64,000 nucleotides of DNA. It comes from Mobula hypostoma. Its lineage: Eukaryota. The position numbers were made by a program, and so were the translations under genes. Positions 50,880 through 61,404 of the stretch are shown here, piece after piece. Where the stretch lies: the NCBI RefSeq assembly GCF_963921235.1, contig NC_086118.1, positions 19,284,001 through 19,348,000 of the forward strand, given 5' to 3'. Each line of letters opens with the position of its first letter. Within the stretch, counting starts at the first letter, position 1. The notes below the pieces were generated by a model. That model was not told the DNA's origin and ran no database searches. It saw nothing but the letters and a program-made list of their open reading frames with translations.

Positions 50880-51050
50880 TCAGTGCTGTCTGTGTGGAGT
50901 TTGCAATTTCACCTGTGACTACCTGGGTTTTCACCAGGTGTTCTAGTTTTCTCTCACATGCCAAAAACATACAGGTTAATTAATCAGTGCAAATTATCCA
51001 GAGTGTGCAGGTGAATGGTGGGGGGAAGATCATGCGAATATGGGAACAGG
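50880..51050 (+). mobile_element. V-SINE/HE1-like remnant
   Basis: GTCTGTGTGGAGTTTGCA...GGGTTTTCACCAGGTGTTCTAGTTTTCTCTCACA. Another remnant lies on the minus strand at ~51790-51985. Confidence 0.6.
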
Positions 51051-51694
51051 ATAAGACCATAAGACAAAGGTAGAATTAGGCTATTGGCTCACTAATTCTG
51101 TTCCACCATTCCATCATGGCTGACTTATTATTCATATGCTTACTATTCTTCATTCTCCTGCCTTCTCCCTGTAACCTTTGATGACTTGCTAATCAAGAAT
51201 CAATAAATAGCATTCCCTTGAATGAATCTGTGAGGATTTTTTTCAGGCAACAGCTGAAAGGCTGGGTCATGCACCCACTGAGGACCACAAGCAACAAGAT
51301 GCAGGAATAAATACCAAAACATAGATATTTGTTAATCAGAAATATTACAGAACAAATCAAAGGAACACTGAGAATATCTAAAAAGACTTCATGCCATTGT
51401 AGAGGAGGTCTTCATTCAGCCCGTTATGAAAACATTGCACATCAGAAAAAAATGGGTACATATGACGCAGGATTGACCCCACTGTTTGCCTTGCTCACCT
51501 TTCAGTGAGAAGCCACTCCAGCATACATACATTCATAAACTTTTTCTAACTTTGCCCAGAATCCTAGAGTTAATACAGCATGGATACAAGTGCTTCAGCC
51601 AAGCAAGACAATGCTGACCATGACACATATGTTAACAATAACCCTGCATTAATCTCAGTTTATTGCCTTTATATTCTCATCAATCCCCCTAAAT

Positions 51695-51774
51695 CAGAGG
51701 TTCCTAACCTGCAGTCCATGGACCCCTTGGTTAATGGTAGTGGTCCCTGGCATTAAAAAGGCTGGGAACCCCTG
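51695..51774. mobile_element. 80-bp hAT/Charlie-like MITE
   Basis: TIRs CAGAGGTTCCTAACCT / AGGCTGGGAACCCCTG. Degenerate 8-bp flanks CCCTAAAT and CTCTAGGT with a central TA. Confidence 0.6.
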
Positions 51775-52229
51775 CTCTAGGTTCTCACCTGCACACTGGG
51801 GACAATTGCAATGGCCAGTTAGTCTATCAACCCTCACATCTTTAGGAAGAAACTGCAGCACCTGAAAGAAATCCAGAGAAAAAAAAATGTGCCAATGCTA
51901 CACAGACAGCACCAAATGTAAGGATAGAATCCCAGTTACTGGAGCTGAAAGACAACAGGTCTACCAGCTGCTCCATTCTGCTGTCCCGAACCACTGGGTT
52001 ACAACCACACAAGGAACTGAGTTACACCATATCTCTCGACTGCTGCCTGACCTGCTAAATTCCTCTAACCTTTAGTATGTTCTATACTCTGCAGTCCCTG
52101 TGTCTCCACACAAGAACAAACATGATCAGCTCCGAAACATGGTTAACCAGTTATTTCTCTACAAAGTGAAATAACAACACTCTAACATTGTATCAAACAT
52201 CCCCGTACAATAAACATTGGTACAATTCA

Positions 52230-53440
52230 TTACAGTAAATGTGAGTTCTTCTGGCCAATAGTCTTTGAGGAAGCTCATCCTGCTTTTCCTGGGCACTGGG
52301 ATGATTGCTTCCCTTTTGAAGTAGGTGAGAATCTCAGACTACAGAACTGAGAGACTGAAGATGTCCTTGAATACCTCAGCCAGTTAGTTGGCACAGGTTT
52401 TTTCCAACCCAGCCAAGTAATTGTTGGGGCCTGATGCCTCTTGAAGAATGTTCTGACGTTGGCTTCTGAGACAGATATCACAGGGACACTGGATGCTGTC
52501 TGGATTCACACAGGTGCAGTGTTACGCTCCCTTTCAAAGTGTGCTCAAAAGGCATTGAGCTCATTGGCAAATTAAGCATTACTGTCATTTATGCTGTTAG
52601 GTTTGATCTTGTGGAAAGTAATGGCCTGCAAAACTCAGCCGTAGCGGACATGCATTTGATTGCGTCTCTACTTTCACACAAATTGCTTTTCACTCTCATC
52701 ATGGCCTTCTGTAGGTCTACCTGGACTTCTTGTAGGACTCTGAATCACCAATCTTGAATGCTGCAGACCCAGCCCTCAGCAGACGGTGAATTTCATGGTT
52801 TAATCCAGAGTTTCCAGTTTGGGAACAATGGATTTGCTTTTGAATCCACACGCTCATCCATTCAAGTCCTGATGAAGACAGTGATGGCCATGGTATATTC
52901 ATTCCAATTGTAAAATGAATATGGTCGAGTCCACTTGTTTAACACTGTTCCATAAACACTCCCTTGCCTCCTTGACCACTCCTTTGTGGTCCTTACCACT
53001 GTTTCTATGCTTCTCAGTGTCTGCCTATATACCATAAGTAAAAGTACAGCCAGGATATCAGACTTGCCAAAGTGCAAGTGCAGGATCGCAAGGTAGATGT
53101 TCTTGATGATTGTATAGCATTGATTTAATGTGTTGGCTCCTCTGATTCCACAGGTGACACGTTGGTGGTTGTTTGTCAGAGACTTCTTCAATCTGGCATA
53201 GTTGGAGTTCGCTACATGATTGGGAAGACATCAGGATGTGCTGTCTTGTCACAGTGCTCAGCTCCTCCACTGCCAGCTTGATGTGTGCCAGGGGTAGAAT
53301 GTACTTTGCTACCAGGATGATGACAGAAAATTGTCTCAGTAAAGAGAACAGATGACGCATATCCATCTGGTATTGCAATCTTCCTCTGAGGTCTTCAATG
53401 TTATTTTCCAGAGACTGCACATTAGCCAGGAGGATAATAG
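52230..53440 (-). mobile_element. Rex1/Babar-type LINE fragment (endonuclease to RT start)
   Basis: LLANVQSLENNIEDLRGRL, HFGKSDILAVLL and ISVSEANVRTFFKR. Confidence 0.75.
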
Positions 53441-55004
53441 AGAAGGGGCGCCTTCGGGCCCTGCACTACAGTTTATCTGCTGATAGCAGTGTTCTTTGGA
53501 AGGTTGGATCCTAGAAGTTAGCATCTTTCTCCTCAGAAACTAAAATCTCAGTTCTCGATCCTAATTGCTCTCCTCTGAGCTAACCGTTTAATACTTTAAT
53601 TGGTGTCTGCTCTGCTCACTCTACTGTGGGCAGAACTGGCCAATGATTTTCCTCCCAAGTGTATTGAATCCCTTCTGTTCTTTGGTGCCACTTGTGCAAA
53701 AGACTCTGCAAATTGCATGGTCTTTCAAAATATGTCTTCCTAAACAGGAAGAAAGAGCAGAGCAGAAGAGAATCAAATCTGATGCTGACACCAGACAAAG
53801 TAAGATTGATTTTAGTCCCTGGTTCTTACGTCATTCTCAAACGAATTTAGAAAAACGATGTTATTGCTTCCATTCTTCTGTCCAAAATGAGCTCTGACCA
53901 GATTCTGCAACCTAAATCTGACACTAATGGGATAAATGATGGATTCCACAGGGCTGGAATAAGAGTGGGAAAGCTTAAGAGAAGTCTGAAACATTTATGA
54001 GTTGTGCTCCTGATCCTGCGAGTTTTTTGAATTAACAAATTAGCAAATGTACAGTCACCGGAGAACAAGATTGAGGACCTAAGAGTGAGATTGCTGCATC
54101 AGAGGGAAATGAGGGATTGCTGCATTCTGTGTTTCATGGAGACATTGCTCACTCAAGACGTGCCGGCTACAGTGGTAAGACCTGAGGGCTTCTCGATATT
54201 CTGCATGGAATGAACTAGAAATTCAAAAAGGGCAAAAAGTGGAGTCTGTGTTTCATGATCAACTCTTTGTGGTACTCAGACATAATTGGTCTTGTTCCCC
54301 TGACAGAGAACATCTAATGATTAAGTGCCAACAATTCTATTTACCAAGAGAGTTCTCCTCTGAGATTGTGGCCCCACTTCACATACCAGCAAAGGCCAAT
54401 GTTACGCAGCTGCTGAAGGTATGTCTCAGGGTGACTGCAGAAGACTCTCAAGGGAAAGAGTGAGCAACCAGAGGTCATGGTGTACATTGAGAACAAGGTA
54501 CATTTGTACAAAGGAGGAAGAGGTTCTTGGCAGTGAGTATAGGAAGTTAGGGAAGAGGTGGAAGAACAGGAGCTCCAAGATAGTAATCTCTGATACTCCA
54601 AGTGCTAGTCAGGGTGGGAATAGGATGACAGCATTGATGAATGAGTGGCTGGGGAAGTGGCGCAGGGACAGGGTTTCAGATTCCTGCAACTTTGGGATCC
54701 CTTCTGGGGAAGTATGACCTGTAGAAAAAAGAAGGCTTAAACCTACACCCTAGGGATAGTAATATCCTTGCAGACAGGTTTTCTAGAACTGTTGGGGAGG
54801 GTTTATAGTAAATTGGCAGGGGGATGGGAGCCAGGATGATAGGGCAGTAGGTGAACAAGTCAGTTCAATGCGGAGTGTAGTGAGATTGTGAGGAAGGACT
54901 GGGAGATTGTAGGGGAAAATTAGAGTCAGTGGTATGAGTTGGTGTAACATGGGGACAAAATCGAAAAGGATGATAAAAACAGGACTAAAGGAATCACACA
55001 GTAT

Positions 55005-56315
55005 ATTGTACCACAACAGACTGCAACTGCCCTTCAAATCCTTGGAGGAAGAATTCAAGGTAACAAAAGCCAAAGAAGTGCTACAGTATAGGGACTCAAG
55101 TGACCCGAAGGTGGCTAGAGCAGGGATCCAAGTAAGTACTGGCAGGAAGTGGAGGGCAGAGGAAGCTGTTCAGGAGGCAGGGGCGAGGCTGCGTCACAGG
55201 AGGCTGGTGGGAGTGGTCACACGAGGCCGAGCTGGACGAGGATCCTTTCCAACTCCCCAGATGGACACCAGAGGGAAGGAAAAGCATCGTCTAGTTCAGG
55301 AGGAGGTGAGAGCAGTAGTGGAGGAGATGAGAGCCTGCAAGGTGGTGGGAATGAAGCAACAGGGAGCTTGGACAAGATGGGAGAATGCGTTTGAGAGGAA
55401 AGTGACTTTGGAAAGCCGAACCACACCGCATCCAATTTCTCATCCAGGCAGTGTACGATGTGCTTCCAAGCCCATCAAACCTGCACACATGAGGCAAGAT
55501 AGAGTCATCTGCGTGCCCACTGTGCTCCAAGCAAGGAACTCTGGAGCACATCCTCAGCGGCTGTGCAAGGGCACTTGGTGAGGGACGGTACAGGTGGATG
55601 CATGATCAGGCCCTGAAGGCCATCGCTGAAGCGGTCAGCGCAGGAGTTGAGTGGGCGAAGCGGTCCCGACCCTCCAAGCAGACCATCGCCTTTGTCAGAG
55701 CTGGGGAGCAGCCAATACCTGCCAAAAGAACATCTGCAGGCATTCTGACCTCTGCAAGGGACTGGCAGCTGTTGGTGGACCTCGCACGGCAGCTGAAGTT
55801 CCCCAACCATATCACAGCCACCACCCTGCGACCAGACATTCTCCTAGTGTCTGAGTCTACTAAGCAAGTGGTGCTGCTGGAGCTGACAGTCCCATGGGAA
55901 GATAACTTGGAAGAGGCCTTTGAACGGAAGCTCTCCAAGTAAGCAGGACTGGTCAGCAACTGTCAGCAGGCTGGATGGAGAGCGAGGTGTCTCCCAGTGG
56001 AGGTTGATTGTAGGGGATTCATAGCCTGTTCTTTAGTTAGAGCTTTCAGCGTTTTGGGCTTCGAGGGAGAGAGGAAGAGGAGAGCCATCCGCAGTACCAC
56101 CGATGCGGCAGAGGGCCTCAAGATGGTTGTGGCTCAAAAGAGGGGAGCCATGGAGTCATAAGTAGCTAGCCATCTGGACACAAGCTGGGGTCTGATCAGC
56201 CCCGGCTGGGTCACCTGGAGGAGGTTGTATGATTTTGAAAGACCCGAAACAGCTGATGATTCCAGGAACACCACTGAAGGTGTGTCCAGAAGCATCAATA
56301 GATGTATGTACACAG
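55005..56315 (+). mobile_element. HERO-like RLE non-LTR retrotransposon, 5'-truncated copy 2
   Basis: TGRKWRAEEAV..RLRHRRLVG, QQGAWTRWE, CCHC knuckle CPLCSKQGTLEHILSGC, RYRWMHDQ, RPDILL and ELTVPWE. Direct repeat ACACAGTAT at 54996-55004 and 56310-56318. Confidence 0.88.
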
Positions 56316-57583
56316 TATGGAATAAGGTAGACGATCTTGCAGCACATTTAGCGATGGCAGGTATGATGTAGTGACATCACTGAGTTGTAGCTGAGAGAAG
56401 ATTATGGTTGGGAGCTTAATATCCAAGGGTACATCCTGTCTCATAAGGACAGGCAGGTAGGCAGAGGGGGTGGGGTACCTCTGTTGGTAAGAAGTGAAAT
56501 CAAATCTTTAGAAAGAGGTGACATTGGATTGGAAGATGTAGAATCTTTTTGGGTAGAGTTAAGAAACTACAAGGGTAAAATTACCCTCATGGGAGCTATA
56601 CACCACCCGCTAATAGTAGCTAGTATGTGGCATCTAAATTTCAGTGGGAAATAGAAAAGTTATGTAATAATGGCAATGTTACAATCGTTATGGGAGATTT
56701 CAATATACAGATAGAGTGGGAAAATCAGGCTGGTGCTGGATACTAAGAGGGGGAATTTGTAGAATACTTATGAGATGGCTTTTAGAGCAGCTTCTGGTTG
56801 AGCCCACTAGACACAGGGCAATTCTGGATTAGATGTTGTGTAATGAACCAGATTTCATGGGGGCCTATGGTAAACACATAATTCACCCTGGAGTTTGAGA
56901 GGGAGAAGATGAAGTCAGATGCTTCAGTATTATAGTGGAAGAAAGAGAGTTACAGAGGCAGGAAAGAGGAGCTGGTGAAAGTTGATTGCAAGGGGACACT
57001 AGCAGGGTTGATGGCAGAACAGCAGTGGCTGGAGTTTCTGGTGGCAATTGGAAAGGTGCATGATCGATTCATCCCAAAAATGAAGTAGTATTCTAGAGGG
57101 AGGATGAGGCAATCATGGCTAAGAAGGAAATCAAAGACAGCATAAAGAAAAAAAAGAATGGGCATATAATATAGCAAGACTTATTGGGAAGTTAGAAGAT
57201 TGGGAAACTTTAAAAAAAAACAACAGAAGGCAACTAAAAATAAAACCTAAACAATAGGAAAAAAGAAATATGAAGGTAAGCTGGCCAATAATATAAAAGA
57301 GGATTCCAAAAGATTTTTTCAGATATATAAAGAGCACAAGAGAGGCGAGAGTGGATATTGGACCTTTGGAAAATGAGGTAATAATGGAGGCAAAGAAACA
57401 GCCGAAGAACTTAATAAATCAATCTTCACTATTGAAGACTCTAGCAGCATGACACAGGAGACAAAGTGTGGGAATAGAAGTGGCCTAAACACGAGGAATT
57501 CTGCAGATGCTGGAAATTCAAGCCACACACATCAAAGTTGCTGGTGAACGCAGCAGGCCAGGCAGCATCTCTAGGAAGAGGTA

Positions 57584-57621
57584 CAGTCGACGTTTCGGGC
57601 CGAGACCCTTCGTCAGGACTA
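57584..57621 (-). ncRNA. Minimal type I hammerhead ribozyme motif (PLE)
   Basis: Minus strand TAGTC CTGACGA AGGGTCTCGGCCC GAAAC GTC GACTG. Confidence 0.8.
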
Positions 57622-58170
57622 ACTGAAGGAAGAGCTAGTAAGAGATTTGAAAGTGGGAGGGGGAGGGGGAGATCCAAAATGATAGGAGAAGACAGGAGGG
57701 GGAGGGATGGAGCCAAGAGCCACATCCCATTCCCATTCTGATACGTCTATCCACGGCCTTCTCTACTGTAAAGATGAAGCCACACTCAGGTTGAAGGAAC
57801 AACGCCTTATATTCTGTCTGGGTAGCCTCCAACCTGATGGCATGAACATTGTCTTCTCAAACTTCCGGTAATGCCCCACCTCCTCGTCGTACCCCATCCG
57901 TTATTTATTTATATACACACATTCTTTATCTCTCTCTCCTTTATCTCCTTCTGTCCCTCTCACTATACCCCTTGCCCATCCTCTGGGTTTCCCCCCCCTC
58001 CCCCTTTTCCTTCTCCCTGGGCCTCTTGTCCCATGATCCTCTCATATCCCCTTTGCCAATCACCTGTCCAGTTCTTGGCACCATCCCTCCCCCTCCTGTC
58101 TTCTCCTATCATTTTGGATCTCCCCCCTCCCCCTCCCACTTTCAAATCCCTTACTCACTCTTCCTTCAGT

Positions 58171-58208
58171 TAGTCCTGACGAAGGGTCTCGGCCTGAAAC
58201 GTCGACTG
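58171..58208 (+). ncRNA. Minimal type I hammerhead ribozyme motif (PLE)
   Basis: TAGTC CTGACGA AGGGTCTCGGCCT GAAAC GTC GACTG. Confidence 0.75.
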
Positions 58209-61200
58209 CACCTCTTCCTAGAGATGCTGCCTGGCCTGCTGCGCTCACCAGCAACTTTGATAGAAGTGGCCTATCTGATTGCCTGATGGTGACTAGTGGT
58301 GTTCCACAGAAGTCAGTATTGGGACTTTTTCTTTTCATGTTGTATATCAACTATTTGGCTGATGGAATTGATACGTTGTAGCCAAGTTTTGAAATGATAT
58401 AAAGATAGGTAGAGGGGAAAGTAGTGTTGAGGAAGCAGGGAGTCTGCAGAAGTACTTGGACAGACTGGGAGAATAGGCAAAGAAGCTGAAGATGGAATAT
58501 AGTGTTTGGAAGTGCACTTTGGGAGAAGGAATAAAGGGATGGACTATTTTCTAAATGGGGAGAAAATTCAAAAATCAGAGGTGCAAAGGGACTTGGGAAT
58601 GCTTCTGCAGGATTTCCTAATGTTAGCTGGCAGGTTGAGACAGTGGAAAGGAAGGCAAATGCAATGTTAGCATTAATTTTGAGGGGATTAGAATATAAAA
58701 GCAAGGATGGGATGCAGGGGCTTTATAAGCCATTGGTCAAATTGCACTTGAAGTATTGTGAGAAGCTTTGAGCCCCTTAGCATTGGAGAGAGTCCAGATT
58801 CAGAAGAATAATTCTGGGAATGAAAGGGTTAATATATGCAGAGCATTGATGGCTCTAGTTCTGTACTTGCTGGCGTTTAGAAGAATGGAGGGGAATGTCA
58901 TTGAAATCTGTTGAATATTGAAAAACCTAGAAAAAGTAGATGTGGAGAGGATACACCTATAGTGAGTGACTCTAGGACAAGGGGGCACAACTTCAAAATA
59001 GAGGGATGTCATTTAGAACAGAGACAAGAAGGAATTTCTTTAGCCAGTGGGTGGTGAATCTTTGGAATTCATTTCCGCAGATGACTGTGGAGCTCAAGTG
59101 ATTGAGTATATTTAAAACAGAGATTTAATACGTTCTTGGTTAGTCAGGGCATCAAAAATTACAGGGAGAAGATCGGAGAATGCAGTTGAGAGGGATAATA
59201 AGCTAGCCATAATGAAATAGCAGAGCAGATGCGTTGGGCAAAGTGGCTTAATTCTGTTCCTATATCTTCTGGTCTTATGGTATGATTGCAGCAATTAGCA
59301 AACAAGAAACAGACTACCCCGATATATTTCGAATTACTGTTCGGGACTTCAGTCAGGCTTGTTTGAAGAAGTATCAGCCTAGTTGTCATCAGCATATCAC
59401 CTGCAGCTCGACTGGTCCAACGCACTCAATCTCTGTTATACTATGATTAGGAATGCCTATCATTCCATGCCCAAACCACTTGGCTGCCCTGTGCCCGTCA
59501 GGAAACCTGATCGTCTGGCTGTCCTCCTACATGCACACAGGCAGAAGCTAAAAAGCAAGATTCCAGAGGTAAGGAAAACAAAGAGGTGACTGCAGGAGGC
59601 AGAAGGAGAGGCTATGGGATTGCTTTGAGTTGGTTGATTGGGACATGGTTGAGGGCTCATCAGCTGATCAGAACGAATATGTCATGGCTGTCACAGACAT
59701 TACAAAATCAATTGTGGATAAATGGTCTCCACAAAACCATTCACAGTCTACCCAAACCAGGATCCCCAGATGAATCAAGAGATCTGCCATCTGCTGAGGG
59801 CCAGATCAGTGGCATTAAGGTCTGGCAACTAAGTAAAATACAAGAGGTCCTGGTATGACCTCTGGAAAGCCATCTCATATGCAGTGACAACTCTGGGACA
59901 AGCTTGAATTATTGAAAGTTGCGCGACAGCTGTGGTAGGGCTCGAGTTCTATCACCTCCTCCAAAGTGACACCAAGTGACACAGGTGACACTGTTTCACT
60001 CTCATATGAGCTCAGTGCCTTTTATGCTCATTCTGTCCATCAAACCATGGAGTCACCCTCACCCCCACAGCCTCTGAAGACCCTGTGACTTCAGTTTGTG
60101 AGGCTGACATGAGAGCATCCTTCAGGAGGGAGAACACAGAAAGCATCCTGCCCAGGTAAGGTATTTGGCCGAGTACTGAAGACCTGTATTGATCAACTGG
60201 TTAGAGTCTTCACTGATATCCTTAACCTCTCGCTTTGGCAGTCTGATGTACCCACCCACTTCAAGCAGGTTTCAATGATACCGGTGCCTAAGAAGATCAC
60301 AGTAATATGCCTCAATGACTATTCTCCAGAAGCAATAACATCCATTGGGATGACGTGGTTTGAGAGTTTGGTGATGAAACCCATATTAACTCCTGCTTGA
60401 GAAGCCACTTGGATATGCACCAATTTGTCTACCATCACAACAGGTCAAAAGCAGATGTCATTTCATTGGCTCTTCACTCAACTCTGGAACGTCTGAACAG
60501 TGAAGATACATACATCAGGATGCTCTTCATTGACCACAGCTTGGCATTCAATACTATTATCTCCTCAACACTAACCAATAAATTCCAAAACCTAAGTTTC
60601 AGTATCTCCTTGTGCAAATGTACCTTCAATTTCTTCACTTGCAGACATCAGTCAGTTTGGATTGGCAACAACATCTCCTACACAATCACCAGATTCACAG
60701 TTGCACCACAAGGCGGTGTGCTTAGCCCCTGTTCTTATGACTATGAGCTCAGCGCAGCTCCGATGCCGTATTTAAGTTTGCTGACAACACCACTGTCACT
60801 GGTCGAATCAGCAGACAGGACGGAGATTGAGAATCTGACTGAGTGGAGCCACAACAACTTCTTACTCAATGTCAGCAAGACCAAGGAGATGATTATTGAC
60901 TTCAGGAGGAGGAAACCAGAAGTCCATCAGCCTCTTCAGGGGACAAGAGGTGGTGAGATTGAGCAATCTTAGATTCCTTAGTGTTACAATTTCAGAGGAT
61001 TCACTTTGGGTCTAGCACATAAACGCCTATTACAAAGAAAGCACAGCAGCACCTCTACTTTCTTAGAAGATTGTGAAGCTCCAGCTTGTCATCTAAAACT
61101 TTGATAAACTTCTATAGGTGAGCGGTGGAGCATATCTTGACTGCTTGCATCACAGTCTTGTAAGGAAACACCAATGCCATTGAATGGAAAACCTACAACA

Positions 61201-61404
61201 AGTAGTGGGTGCAGCCTAGTCTGCTATCGGTAAAGCCTTCTGCACTATCGAGCTCACCTACATGGAGCACTGTTGCAGGAAAGCAGCATCTATCATCAGA
61301 GACTCCCACCATCTAAGCCATGCTCTATTCTCACTGCTGCTGTCGGGAATAAGGTACAGGAGCCATATGACCTGTCCCACCAAGTTCATGAACTGTTATT
61401 CCTC

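Larger units (their letters stand above)
57488..58259 (+). mobile_element. Penelope-like insertion with an inverted pseudo-LTR and a 14-bp TSD
   Basis: Inverted pseudo-LTR at 57488-~57721 joined to the sense GIY-YIG tail (HGLLYCKDEATLRLKEQRLIFCLGSLQPDGMN) and a pseudo-LTR to 58259. ATAGAAGTGGCCTA at 57474-57487 and 58260-58273. Confidence 0.92.
54420..59285 (+). mobile_element. CR1 LINE, degenerate, hosting a HERO-like and a PLE insertion
   Basis: ORF1 end at 54420-54830, APE motifs at 56320-56900 (YDVVTSLS, MGDFN), RT and 3' part at 58274-59285 with a TCTTATGG tail. Confidence 0.85.

Noticed and set aside
54934..55581. 215-aa ORF as a novel gene
   Set aside because: It reads through from CR1 sequence into the truncated HERO-like ORF, then frameshifts near 55410.
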